NCBI GenBank assembly: GCA_041659805.1
Contig: JBAZXP010000001.1
Span: 512,589-576,588, forward strand
Direction of reading: 5' to 3'
From: Microgenomates group bacterium
GTDB taxonomy: Bacteria; Patescibacteriota; Microgenomatia; Daviesbacterales; UBA10151
Length of the DNA: 64,000 nucleotides
How positions within the stretch are numbered: the stretch's first letter is position 1; the number at the start of each line of letters is the position of its first letter. Below are positions 27,844 through 37,419 of the stretch, one piece after another. Below the pieces are notes generated by a model, which saw nothing but the letters and a program-made list of their open reading frames with translations, ran no database searches and had not been told where the DNA came from. The position numbers were made by a program, and so were the translations under genes.

Positions 27844-28547
27844 TGCATCCTACATACAATTATATTTTTCATCTCATTAACGAGTTTTTATCAAATGATA
27901 GAAAAGTCAGCCTGGTTGATTATGGATGCGGAAACGGACTGTTTTTAGAATATTTTCCAAAGGGAAGAATATTGAAATATCTTGGTTTGGATATCAATCT
28001 TAGCAGCATCGATTTTGCTAATAAAAACTACAGATCAAAAAAGATAAGTTTCGGATTAATTCGCCAAGGATATCCTGCTAAATTAGGTAAGCCAAATTCG
28101 ATTGATTTGATTGTATTAATCGGTGTTTTGCAATACATGTCACAAAAGGAAATCGATCTTTTTTTAAAAGAGGCAAGAAAAGTGCTGAGAAAAGACGGTA
28201 GGGTTATTATTAGTTGTGCTGTAGATCATGTTCCGTACCGAATATTCAATATATACAGACTGCTTTTGCCAAATTATTTTATAAATGAGGAAATTTTTTT
28301 GAGTACTGTAAAGAAATCAGATATGAAAATTATATATAAAAGCGAGAAAGGAATTTTTTTTGCGCCGTTGTTTTCTAATGTAATAAGTTTGTTTTTTGAT
28401 ATTTCGGACAAAATTATATTTCAAACTAAAGGTTCACTTGGACCTATTGGTAGGTTTGGTAGAGCCATGGTTAACCCTATATTAAGATTAGAGTATTCTT
28501 TGCCGATTAATTATGGCTACACCCTTTTCTTTGTTTTAAAAAAATAA
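27840..28547 (+). CDS. Class I SAM-dependent methyltransferase
   Basis: 'LVDYGCGNGLFLEYF' (motif I), 'LRKDGRVIIS' (motif III-like). Confidence 0.65.
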   Translation: MMHPTYNYIFHLINEFLSNDRKVSLVDYGCGNGLFLEYFPKGRILKYLGLDINLSSIDFANKNYRSKKISFGLIRQGYPAKLGKPNSIDLIVLIGVLQYMSQKEIDLFLKEARKVLRKDGRVIISCAVDHVPYRIFNIYRLLLPNYFINEEIFLSTVKKSDMKIIYKSEKGIFFAPLFSNVISLFFDISDKIIFQTKGSLGPIGRFGRAMVNPILRLEYSLPINYGYTLFFVLKK

Positions 28548-28558
28548 ATTGGGTTTAC

Positions 28559-30142
28559 TCAAGCTTTTCTGTGTCTTATGCCTAGTTTCCAAAGATAATA
28601 ACCCCAGGGGCCGGTAATTGTAGAAAAATCAAGCCTTTCTAAATGGGCTATTGCCCTTGAGATTAAGTATAAAGTTTTAATCGCCCAATATAAAGTAGGA
28701 TAGTTTTTTTGTTTTTCTTCGTAGCCTTTTACATATTTAAGAAGAAAAAAGAATATAAACTTCGGTGGTTTAAAAATGGCAAGGCTGTACAATAAGATAT
28801 TATCTAATGTTTTTCCAGTTTCTAAATATGAGGATTGTAAAGCCTGGATATCAATCTCTGGATGCTTCTTGAAATAATCAAAGAGTTTTGTTTTTGGAAA
28901 AATCCTTAAAGAAAAAATAGTCAAAGTATATGGTCTTTCCAACTCGTAAATAAACTTTAATGACTTGAGAATATCATCCAAAGTAGCAATAGGGTTGTCG
29001 GAAATAATATCATAGGCTGGAGGAATCATATTGTACTTTTTGGTTACTTTTGCCAGGATTTTAACTGATTGTTTGATATTTTTTAGAGATGTGGGGCGTT
29101 CGTAAAAGGCAAGTATTTTTTCACTTCCACTTTGAATTCCCATCCTTCCGCGGTTCATTCCTGCTTTTCCTAAAATTTCCATTTTTTGAGTGGTTACAAG
29201 ATTTGGATGAAGACCACTTACAGCGAAAGGCAAATTGATTCTTTTCTTATATTCTTTGGCAAATTTTTTAATGACGTCTAAAGGTAGCGCAATAAAATTA
29301 TCATCATTAAACATAATTGTTGTTATAAAAGGGTTTTTCTTTATATTTTCCTCAATTTCATCAAGAATATAATCGACAGAAGAGTAACGGATATTTCTGT
29401 AATTATTGTCAATTTTTATGAAGGCATCATTCGCACAATAAGTACACGAATAAGGGCACCCGAGTGTCCAAATTGTCCAATAGCACAAACCATTATACCT
29501 AAAAAAATCGCTCGTATTTAGATTTCGAAACGTTTTTATCTTTTGGTCATAGATGAAGCAATCATAATTGTGATAAAGATGGGGGAATAAACTTAATTCT
29601 TCTTTGGTATTTAGTGGACGGATAGGGTTTCGTATAATTCTTTTCCCTTGTCTAAACCACATATTAAGAGTTTGAGTATATTTTTTATTAATTAAATAAT
29701 TGGAATAAAACATTTCAAAAGGGACTTCACCTTCTCCGATGCAAATGGCATCAGCATGTTTTATTGCTTCTTCCGGATTAATTATGCAATGAACACCTCC
29801 CCAAACGATATAGGTCTTAGGATTGTATTTTTTTACAGCTGTTATTATTCGAGCAACGTATGATGAGCTAGGCGTCATAGAGGAGAAACAAAGTAGATCA
29901 GCCTTAGCAAGTTCCTTAGCTATTAAATTAATATCTTTATTGGTAAGCATGCTTTTATGAGAAGGTAACAGGTGATTTAAAAATGAATAGAGATTGCCAG
30001 GTGTAATAAAATAAATATCTATATTTGGATTAAGTTTACGTGCAACAGCTGCTACACGCCGGAATCCCAGGGCGTTTATACCTTCCTCCACAGAGACAAA
30101 TTTTACTTTTAAGTTCTTTTTATTGACTGTTTGTTTTGCCAT
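28559..30142 (-). CDS. B12-binding-domain radical SAM enzyme (class B)
   Basis: N-terminal ~200 aa Rossmann-like B12-binding-type domain, then 'LGCPYSCTYCAND' (CxxxCxxC). Confidence 0.8.
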   Translation of the reverse strand: MAKQTVNKKNLKVKFVSVEEGINALGFRRVAAVARKLNPNIDIYFITPGNLYSFLNHLLPSHKSMLTNKDINLIAKELAKADLLCFSSMTPSSSYVARIITAVKKYNPKTYIVWGGVHCIINPEEAIKHADAICIGEGEVPFEMFYSNYLINKKYTQTLNMWFRQGKRIIRNPIRPLNTKEELSLFPHLYHNYDCFIYDQKIKTFRNLNTSDFFRYNGLCYWTIWTLGCPYSCTYCANDAFIKIDNNYRNIRYSSVDYILDEIEENIKKNPFITTIMFNDDNFIALPLDVIKKFAKEYKKRINLPFAVSGLHPNLVTTQKMEILGKAGMNRGRMGIQSGSEKILAFYERPTSLKNIKQSVKILAKVTKKYNMIPPAYDIISDNPIATLDDILKSLKFIYELERPYTLTIFSLRIFPKTKLFDYFKKHPEIDIQALQSSYLETGKTLDNILLYSLAIFKPPKFIFFFLLKYVKGYEEKQKNYPTLYWAIKTLYLISRAIAHLERLDFSTITGPWGYYLWKLGIRHRKA

Positions 30143-30162
30143 GGTAACTTATACAATTATTG

Positions 30163-30798
30163 TTATTTCTTATGACAGACGAAAATTAGTGTTGAATCTG
30201 GAAAAATTGGGGAGCCGGTTAGAACCGTACAACCCAAACCCAGTTTACTAAAAACCTTGAGCCATTCTTTTCGAGTCCTAACGTTTATTTGTTCATTGGG
30301 ATATAGAACTTTTTCCCAAAAGTGACCAAACAAAAAGGGTAGTCTGTTAGAAGCATCAACTTCTTTAATAATTAGCAATGAACTCTTGTTTAATTTTTTA
30401 CTAAGAATGGTTAAAAGTTTTTGTTGTTCTTGAAATGGAATATGATGCAGCACATCTACCATTAGGTAATTTTCATATTTTTTGATGGTCATTTTTGTTA
30501 TATTGCCTAATTTAAACTTAATATTTTTTCTTCCACTAATCGACTGTTTTGCACTGATGATTCTGTTTTTTGAAAGATCGACCCCCAAAACCTTGCGTGC
30601 AGGAGAACATATTGCCAAGTAATTGCTCATGATTCCTGCACCGCATCCGACGTCCATAATAGTTCCTGAAAGAGGTAATGCTTTATCTATTTTCCAAAAA
30701 GGTAGTATTAATAGACGGATCATGCTTATGATGGACTTTTTAACACCCTGACTTTTATATATAAAAAAGAATGAAATTATATTAAAGATTGCATGCAT
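30163..30798 (-). CDS. Class I SAM-dependent methyltransferase
   Basis: 'IMDVGCGAGIMSNYLA', 'VLGVDLS', 'MVDVLHH'. Confidence 0.7.
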   Translation of the reverse strand: MHAIFNIISFFFIYKSQGVKKSIISMIRLLILPFWKIDKALPLSGTIMDVGCGAGIMSNYLAICSPARKVLGVDLSKNRIISAKQSISGRKNIKFKLGNITKMTIKKYENYLMVDVLHHIPFQEQQKLLTILSKKLNKSSLLIIKEVDASNRLPFLFGHFWEKVLYPNEQINVRTRKEWLKVFSKLGLGCTVLTGSPIFPDSTLIFVCHKK

Positions 30799-30802
30799 TG
30801 GA

Positions 30803-31765
30803 CTATTTTCTCTTAGGATGTATTGGTTTATTAAAAATACTTTTTACAATATATTTTGGTCGGTTTTTAACTTCTTCAAATATCTTACCAATATACTCCC
30901 CAAGGATACTTATTCCTAGAAGCTGTATTCCTCCTAAAAACAGAGTTAGTACTACGATTAGTGAAATGCCCCGTGGTGATTGAGGGTATAAAAGACGAAG
31001 AATAACTTGTATAACAATACCCACAAAAGAAAAGAAAACAACGAACATGGAAATATAAGTAATCATTTCTAAAGGTACATAGGAGAAAGAAAAAATTCCT
31101 TTTCTTGCCCAACCAAAGTTTTTATGCCAATTGTTTGTAGTTTTACCAAACATCCTCTCTGGTCTGGTGTATGGAATGCCAGTTTGATTAAAGCCTACCC
31201 AAGCCCGTAGACCTCTTAAAAAACGGTCTTTTTCAGGCATATTATTTAATACTTCAACGACATTTCTATCAATTAAAGAGAAATCACCGGCATCTACAGG
31301 AATCTTTATGTAAGATAGTTTTTGGAATATACGATAAAATAACTTGTAGCAAATTTGTAAGGTTGTGGTTGCTTCTCTTTTTACTCTTATGCCATAAATA
31401 ACATCATAGCCTTCTAACCACTTTCCGTAAAATTTTTCTATTAATTCTGGAGGATCCTGAAGATCTCCGTCTAAAAGTACAACAGCATCACCTGTTGCAA
31501 TCTCCATTCCACTGCTAAAAGCCATTTGTGATCCAAAATTGCGGGAATGGTTTATTGCAACTACTTTTTTATCCTTTTTTGCTAGTTTTTCCAGTATATT
31601 TTCTGTATCGTCGGGGCTTCCATCATTAACAAAAATAATTTCATAATCGATTTTTATTTTAGAAAAAACTTTAACTAATCTACTATACATAAATGGAACT
31701 GCCTGACCATCTTTGTAGCATGCAATAATTGCGGAAATTTTTCTTTTAGTTAAGATTTTAGCCAT
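30803..31765 (-). CDS. GtrB/ArnC/DPM1-like GT2 polyprenyl-phosphate glycosyltransferase with two C-terminal TM helices
   Basis: 'ISAIIACYKDGQAV', 'IIFVNDGSPDDT', 'VVLLDGDLQDPPELIEKF' (hallmark DxDLQDPP), then two C-terminal TM helices as in GtrB/ArnC. Confidence 0.8.
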   Translation of the reverse strand: MAKILTKRKISAIIACYKDGQAVPFMYSRLVKVFSKIKIDYEIIFVNDGSPDDTENILEKLAKKDKKVVAINHSRNFGSQMAFSSGMEIATGDAVVLLDGDLQDPPELIEKFYGKWLEGYDVIYGIRVKREATTTLQICYKLFYRIFQKLSYIKIPVDAGDFSLIDRNVVEVLNNMPEKDRFLRGLRAWVGFNQTGIPYTRPERMFGKTTNNWHKNFGWARKGIFSFSYVPLEMITYISMFVVFFSFVGIVIQVILRLLYPQSPRGISLIVVLTLFLGGIQLLGISILGEYIGKIFEEVKNRPKYIVKSIFNKPIHPKRK

Positions 31766-32676
31766 GTTAATGTCCTTTGTATTATAGAGTTGACGTCTAG
31801 ACCATCTAAGCTTCTCAGGTATTTTTGTGATCCTCCGACATTATGGTATTTGTCATCAATGCCAATTATTAATTGGTGACGCAAACAATCATTGCTTGCA
31901 ACATTTATCTCAGCAATAGCACTGCCCAATCCGCCAGTTATATTGTGTTCCTCGATTGTTATCAATTTAGAATGTTCTCCAATGATCTTTCTGATATGAT
32001 CCTTATCTAAAGGCTTAATAGTATGCACATGAATTAATGATGCATCTATCCCAACTTCCTGTAATTTCTCTTCAACAATGATAGATGATTCTAGCATGTT
32101 GCCGGTTGTAAAAATTACAAGATCTTTTCCTTTTTTTATTTCTACAGTTTTGCCTATACAGAAAGCACCTATATATTCATATGACAAAATTGGCTCACCT
32201 TTCTTACCCAAACGTAAATATACAGGCCCTTTTATACTAAACATATCATACGCTGCCCGGTAAGCTTCTAGCGGGTCTCCAGGGCAAATGACTGTCATGT
32301 TGGGAAGCGACCTCATTAAGGATATGTCTTCGATTGCACAATGAGATTGACCATTTAAGGAATAACCGTATCCTCCGCCGACACCAACTATTTTGACATT
32401 TAGATTTGGATAACAAACATCATTTCTAATTTGTTCGAATGCTCTGAAGGTTAAAAAAGGTACAATGCTATAGCAAACGGGTATGAGCCCGGAATGAGCC
32501 ATACCGGCTGCCATTCCGACCATATTTGCTTCTGAAATACCGGCATTAGTAAATCGTTCAGGAAATTTTTCGATAAATTCTTCAAAAACCTCGAAGCCCA
32601 AATCTGCAGTTGACAAGTGAATATTGCTATACTTTTTATTAGCGTTAATTAAGGCCTTAGAAAATGAAAGTCTCAT
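31750..32676 (-). CDS. Transketolase, C-terminal section (pyrimidine-binding and C-terminal domains), split form
   Basis: 'ADLGFEVFEEFIEKFPERFTNAGISEANMVGMAAGMA', 'VGGGYGYSLNGQSHCAIEDISLMRSLPNMTV' are transketolase central-domain signatures. 308 aa is the split TktB size. Confidence 0.8.
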   Translation of the reverse strand: MRLSFSKALINANKKYSNIHLSTADLGFEVFEEFIEKFPERFTNAGISEANMVGMAAGMAHSGLIPVCYSIVPFLTFRAFEQIRNDVCYPNLNVKIVGVGGGYGYSLNGQSHCAIEDISLMRSLPNMTVICPGDPLEAYRAAYDMFSIKGPVYLRLGKKGEPILSYEYIGAFCIGKTVEIKKGKDLVIFTTGNMLESSIIVEEKLQEVGIDASLIHVHTIKPLDKDHIRKIIGEHSKLITIEEHNITGGLGSAIAEINVASNDCLRHQLIIGIDDKYHNVGGSQKYLRSLDGLDVNSIIQRTLTWLKS

Positions 32677-33539
32677 AAATTTGTTTTACTTACAGTCTTC
32701 TTTACTTTTGTCCTTTTAAAATTTAGTGTTTCATCTATTTCCTTTAATGCTATCTGCATGTGTTGAGGTTTGGGGTCGTAATAATGCCACCTGAAATCTC
32801 CCTCCATAAAAGAAACTCCTTTACCAATTATCGTATTAGCGATAATAATATTAGGTTTGCTATCGGAGATGTTTGTTAAGGCTTTTGTGATTTGATCTAT
32901 GTTATGGCCATCGATTACAGACGTACTAAAATTGAATGTTTTCCACTTTGCTTCTAAAGGTTCCATATTAATAATATCCTTTGTATTTCCTAAACCTTGG
33001 GTTCCATCTCGGTCTAAAATTACAACTAAATTGTTTAGATGATGATGTCCTGCGAATAAAGCTGCTTCCCAAATTGTACCTTCGTTAATTTCTCCATCAG
33101 AAATTAGGACATAAATTTTATATTGTTTATTCATTAATTTAGCTGCATAGGCCATGCCAACACCAACCGATAAACCATGCCCTAATGAGCCGGTCCCCCA
33201 ATCAATCCCAGGTAAACCATTTGATTCCGGATGAACCATTAATTTACCACCGTCTTGGCAGAAAGTATCTAAAGTTTCCTTATTAAAAAAACCACGATGA
33301 TGTAATACAGTAAAAAGCCCTGCTCCTGCATGACCCTTACTTAAAATAAACCGATCGCGTTCCTCCCAAAAAGGATCATTTGTACGAATATTTAAAATTT
33401 TAAAATAAAGTGTTGTTAATAGATCTATTACTGATAAAGAGGAGCCGACATGACCGATTTGGACATTATGGGAGATTGTTAACATGTCGCGTTTTATTAT
33501 TTGACACATTTTTATTAAGGAGATATTTGATTTTGACAT
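32673..33539 (-). CDS. Transketolase, N-terminal section (ThDP-binding), split form
   Basis: 'GHVGSSLSVIDLLTTLY', 'DRFILSKGHAGAGLF', 'GSLGHGLSVGVGMA', 'ISDGEINEGTIWEA'. ATGA overlap with the C-terminal section gene. Confidence 0.8.
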   Translation of the reverse strand: MSKSNISLIKMCQIIKRDMLTISHNVQIGHVGSSLSVIDLLTTLYFKILNIRTNDPFWEERDRFILSKGHAGAGLFTVLHHRGFFNKETLDTFCQDGGKLMVHPESNGLPGIDWGTGSLGHGLSVGVGMAYAAKLMNKQYKIYVLISDGEINEGTIWEAALFAGHHHLNNLVVILDRDGTQGLGNTKDIINMEPLEAKWKTFNFSTSVIDGHNIDQITKALTNISDSKPNIIIANTIIGKGVSFMEGDFRWHYYDPKPQHMQIALKEIDETLNFKRTKVKKTVSKTNL

Positions 33540-33548
33540 GTTTTGAAT

Positions 33549-34523
33549 CTAATTTTTGTTATACAAGTCCTTATTGATTTTAAACCAATTAATTGCTTCC
33601 ATCAAACCTTCAGTGAGTGTATTTTTAGGTTGCCATTTGAGAACGTTTTTTGTAAGTTGATTATTTCCTAGCCAAAAACTAGTATCCCAAGGACGGCCTG
33701 GATAACTGCCTATAGCAATCTCAGATTTAGAATGTGCTAATTTCACAATCAGTCTGGTAATTTTTTCAATAGAGGTTTGTTTACCAGAGCAGATATTAAA
33801 AGTTCTTTGATCAAATTTTTTTAATTTAGTACATTGAAGATAAGCATCAATTAAGTCTTCGATGTATACAAAGTCTCTTTTTTGTGAGTTGCCTACAATA
33901 TTAATTTTTTGACTATTCAATGCTTGCATTATTACAGTCGGGATTAATCTTCCCGGCTCTTCATATGGACCAAATATAGAGAAAAGACGAATAGTTATTA
34001 TTGGCTTTTTCATCATAAGTCCGTAGGTATTACAGATTAAGGTGGAAGCTGCTTTAGTTGCTGAGTAGTAACTATTTGGTTCCAAAAGATCTGTTTCTTT
34101 CATGGGATGACTCTTATAACCATATTCAGATGAAGAACCGGTATTTACAAAAATTTGATAGTCGGTGTTTTCTAAGGCGAGTAATAAATTTTTTGTTCCA
34201 TTTATATTAATTTGTACCGCAGATTCCAAAGAGTTTTGTTTCGCGTAAGCACCATATGCTGCCAGATGAAAAATTATATCTGGTTTTATTTTTGATAAAT
34301 TTCTCTTGAGATTTTCTTGATCAGCTAAATCAACTTGTAAAATTTTAACTTTTTTAAGAATGTCCTTAATCCTCCAAGTATCAGAACTTTTTCTTAGGGT
34401 AATATATATTTTTGCTTGTGGGTAATTTGAAATTAAACGCCGTAATAAATTTGATCCGACAAAACCCGCTGCTCCTGTAATCAATATCTTCTTGCCATTT
34501 AAATTTGGTGCTTTTATAGCCAT
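33549..34523 (-). CDS. NAD-dependent epimerase/dehydratase (extended SDR)
   Basis: 'KKILITGAAGFVGSNLLRRL', 'YSATK' catalytic dyad. Confidence 0.75.
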   Translation of the reverse strand: MAIKAPNLNGKKILITGAAGFVGSNLLRRLISNYPQAKIYITLRKSSDTWRIKDILKKVKILQVDLADQENLKRNLSKIKPDIIFHLAAYGAYAKQNSLESAVQININGTKNLLLALENTDYQIFVNTGSSSEYGYKSHPMKETDLLEPNSYYSATKAASTLICNTYGLMMKKPIITIRLFSIFGPYEEPGRLIPTVIMQALNSQKINIVGNSQKRDFVYIEDLIDAYLQCTKLKKFDQRTFNICSGKQTSIEKITRLIVKLAHSKSEIAIGSYPGRPWDTSFWLGNNQLTKNVLKWQPKNTLTEGLMEAINWFKINKDLYNKN

Positions 34524-34581
34524 TTTTTAGAAATAATAGATCTAATGGCAGATTTTAAGTAGAGCTTATAACAACCTACTT

Positions 34582-34595
34582 TGTAGATTTCTACA
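34582..34595. promoter_or_regulatory. Perfect 6-2-6 inverted repeat TGTAGA-TT-TCTACA in the largest intergenic region
   Basis: Seen directly at 34582-34595, about 60 bp upstream of the minus-strand epimerase gene start (34523). Candidate operator or small structural element. Confidence 0.25.
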
Positions 34596-34665
34596 TTACA
34601 TTAAACAAGTAAAAATATCAATGACTCTTAGTTTAAATGATATAGAATGATTTAATAAATAATAG

Positions 34666-35439
34666 TTAAAAGGGGACACAAAGGGGAGAAACGGTCGACA
34701 AGCCCCCATCAACTCTTATTTCTGCTCCAACAATATAACTAGCAAGGTCAGAAGCTAAAAAGGATACTACCTGCGCAATTTCCAATGGAGTCCCCCACCT
34801 ACCCAAAGGAATTTTACTGGAGATCTCATTTACTTTTTCAGGTAAAGTCTTTTCGGTAATACCAGTAGGATAAATTGCACCAGGTGCAACTGCATTAACT
34901 CGGATCCCTTTTGACGCCCATTCAACAGCGGCAGTCCTCATAAAAGTCAACAAACCGCCTTTTGATGCATCATAGGCTCCGTTATCCAAAAAAGCTTGTC
35001 CAGTATGTACTGATGTAACAAAAGTAATAGAACCTTTATCCCCTCTTTTAAGAATTTTTCTCCCAATGATTTGGGTCATATTAAAAGAACCAGTTAAATT
35101 AACATCCAAGGTTTCTTGCCAAACTTGACTATCCATTTTTTCAACTGATCCTTCAGGATTAATACCCGCATTACTAACAAGTGTGTTAATATTTCCCAGC
35201 TCACTTTCCACTTCACTTAAAGACTTGCTAATATTTTCTCTATCTCTGACATCAACGACGTAACCTCTAAGTGAAGAAGATGATAGTTCCTCTATAGTTT
35301 TTTCTATCTGAAGCCTATTAACATCAAAAAGGGCTACAATAGCTCCTTCTTTCAGGAAGTTTTTGACTACCGCTTTACCAATGCCATAAGCTCCGCCAGT
35401 TACAACAGCAATTTTTCCGTCTAAAAGCAATCTTTCCAT
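34666..35439 (-). CDS. Classical short-chain dehydrogenase/reductase (SDR)
   Basis: 'GKIAVVTGGAYGIGKAV' (TGxxxGxG), 'NAGI', 'YDASKGG' (YxxxK). Confidence 0.8.
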   Translation of the reverse strand: MERLLLDGKIAVVTGGAYGIGKAVVKNFLKEGAIVALFDVNRLQIEKTIEELSSSSLRGYVVDVRDRENISKSLSEVESELGNINTLVSNAGINPEGSVEKMDSQVWQETLDVNLTGSFNMTQIIGRKILKRGDKGSITFVTSVHTGQAFLDNGAYDASKGGLLTFMRTAAVEWASKGIRVNAVAPGAIYPTGITEKTLPEKVNEISSKIPLGRWGTPLEIAQVVSFLASDLASYIVGAEIRVDGGLSTVSPLCVPF

Positions 35440-35442
35440 ACT

Positions 35443-36453
35443 TTAATAATGGCTAACTTGGTATTTTATATAACCACTATACCTTTGTCCAGGAGCTACT
35501 GATAATAGGTGGGATTCTTGTTTAAATCCTTGTTTATCAAGATTCAAAGCATCAGTGGAGCAAGTTTGATTTTCCATGCAGAAGAAAGGCTCTGTAACAG
35601 AGGGAGTATAAATAGTAAGATGGCTGAAGTCGCCCGAAGTTTCTAAGTTAATTTTTAGCTTTTCAGAAGTATAATCAATACTTCCATATTTTCCTGGTTC
35701 AAGTCCCGTAAATACATGATCAAGATTTAAACGATTAAGCCGTTGAGGTTGTCTTAAATCAAAAGCAGTTCCTTCAACGTTATCTAATCTTCCTGATGGC
35801 AGCAACTCGCTATCTGCTTTCATCACATAATTAGCCGGTGCCGAAATTAATATTGTTGATTTTTCTGATAAAGCTTTAAAATAAGGATGTAAACCAAATC
35901 CAAAAGGTAAATCTTGTTTTGATTGATTATCAATAGTATATACAACTTTCATACCATCAGTAGAAAGAATATAGTCTAAGGATATACGACTTTTAAAAGG
36001 AAACCCGGCAAAAAAGGGATGATTTTCATTAATTTCAGTATAAGTCCGTACTCGAGTAAAATTCTTACTAGCAATTGGTAAGTCAAAATTCCAAGGTTTA
36101 TCAAAGACTAAACCATGCACTAAAACATTATTACCCTGAGGTCTTTTTAAACCAGCTAAAGAATATTCCTCACCTTGCCAAGAATATTTTTTATCTTTCA
36201 GTCTATTTGGAATAGGCCACATTACAAAAGTTCCTGTAAAATCCCGTGCTCTTAATAAGTCAGAATCACAATGGATTAAATCTAAATCTCCCAACCGAAA
36301 CTTAAAAAGGTTACTGCCGAATTCAGGTGCAATGGAAGCAGTAAGATCTTTGGAAGGATCTATGTCTTTATAAGAAAGTTCAACAACTGGGCTCTTTTCT
36401 AAAGAGACATCAGTTTTAATATTAGCATCAAAAATTCCTAATTCCTTTGTCAT
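35443..36453 (-). CDS. Aldose 1-epimerase (galactose mutarotase-like) family protein
   Basis: 'HGLVFDKPWNF' and 'FGFGLHPYF' (the G-x-HPYF motif of Aldose_epim) with a catalytic-type Glu in 'FFCMENQ'. Confidence 0.55.
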   Translation of the reverse strand: MTKELGIFDANIKTDVSLEKSPVVELSYKDIDPSKDLTASIAPEFGSNLFKFRLGDLDLIHCDSDLLRARDFTGTFVMWPIPNRLKDKKYSWQGEEYSLAGLKRPQGNNVLVHGLVFDKPWNFDLPIASKNFTRVRTYTEINENHPFFAGFPFKSRISLDYILSTDGMKVVYTIDNQSKQDLPFGFGLHPYFKALSEKSTILISAPANYVMKADSELLPSGRLDNVEGTAFDLRQPQRLNRLNLDHVFTGLEPGKYGSIDYTSEKLKINLETSGDFSHLTIYTPSVTEPFFCMENQTCSTDALNLDKQGFKQESHLLSVAPGQRYSGYIKYQVSHY

Positions 36454-36454
36454 T

Positions 36455-37381
36455 TTACGCAGGATTAACTATTAAGTCCTCAGGTAAGTATTTTTGAAAA
36501 ATTTCAAGCATTTTAGGTTGCACCATAGGATTCCCTGCAATAACACCCCAATAATTTGGTCTCCATTTTTTCTCAACAGTTCCTGGGGCAGCTTCTTCTA
36601 TCATTGGGTGCCAATCTAAACCTTGCATATTTGTAACTGTTGCTCCAGCACGTCTGGCTATTAATGCTCCGGGTGCCAAATCATATGGGCTGGTCCAGGA
36701 AGATGCATAGCCATCTAATATACCTGACGCAACAAAAGATAATTCTAAGCCACCGGATTGAAGTTCACGATGGAATCTACCTGATCTATTAGTAATATCT
36801 TTCATCCCGGACCATAATGCTTCAACAAGTTCTTTTTCATAATATCCCCGTCCTTTTCTGACATTTCTTAAAGGTGCAAACGAGAGTAGACATTCCTCAA
36901 AAGGATGGTTGCTTACGTTGAGTGGTTGACCATTACGATATGCTTTTTCTCCTTCTGCAGAATAATAACAGTTATGATTGATGGGGTCATAAACTACTGC
37001 TGATCTAGTCTTACCGTCTACAACTTCCCCGATTGTGAAATTAAATATTGGGATACCGGTCGCAAAATTTGTGGTGCCGTCTACTCCGTCAACTGTCCAG
37101 AATTTTTTTCCGGAGACGTCTTCATCTTTTGAATATTCTTCTCCCAATATCTTGCTGTCAGGTTGTAGATTTCGTATGGCTTTTTTGGCCATCATTTCAA
37201 CCATTCCATCAAACTTGGTATAATTGCTTTTGTCATCATAAAGGTGAGTCTTAACACCTTTATAAAAAGCTGTTCTTAAAATTTTCCCAGCTTTAAGAGA
37301 GATCTCAATTGCTGTTTTTAAAGACTGATCTTCTGACACCAGTGGCCAGTTTTTATAATTTTTCTCAATAGCTCTTTCCAT
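36455..37381 (-). CDS. Inositol-monophosphatase-family (IMPase/FBPase/CysQ fold) sugar-phosphate phosphatase
   Basis: 'ILGEE' metal-ligand motif, 'WTVDGVDGTTNF' (DPIDGT motif), 'YDLAPGALIARRAG' (WDxAAG-like). Confidence 0.6.
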   Translation of the reverse strand: MERAIEKNYKNWPLVSEDQSLKTAIEISLKAGKILRTAFYKGVKTHLYDDKSNYTKFDGMVEMMAKKAIRNLQPDSKILGEEYSKDEDVSGKKFWTVDGVDGTTNFATGIPIFNFTIGEVVDGKTRSAVVYDPINHNCYYSAEGEKAYRNGQPLNVSNHPFEECLLSFAPLRNVRKGRGYYEKELVEALWSGMKDITNRSGRFHRELQSGGLELSFVASGILDGYASSWTSPYDLAPGALIARRAGATVTNMQGLDWHPMIEEAAPGTVEKKWRPNYWGVIAGNPMVQPKMLEIFQKYLPEDLIVNPA

Positions 37382-37419
37382 AGGATGCTCTTATTGGAAG
37401 GTATTATAACAAATTGGCT

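Noticed and set aside
30789-31112. Plus-strand 64-aa and minus-strand 75-aa ORFs within and beside the GtrB-like gene
   Set aside because: Overlap the well-supported GT2 ('DGDLQDPP') gene. No independent evidence.
34669-34690. Direct repeat 'aaagggga...caaagggga' near 34669-34690
   Set aside because: Lies inside the 3' end of the SDR coding sequence (minus strand), not in non-coding DNA. Too short to be a meaningful repeat.
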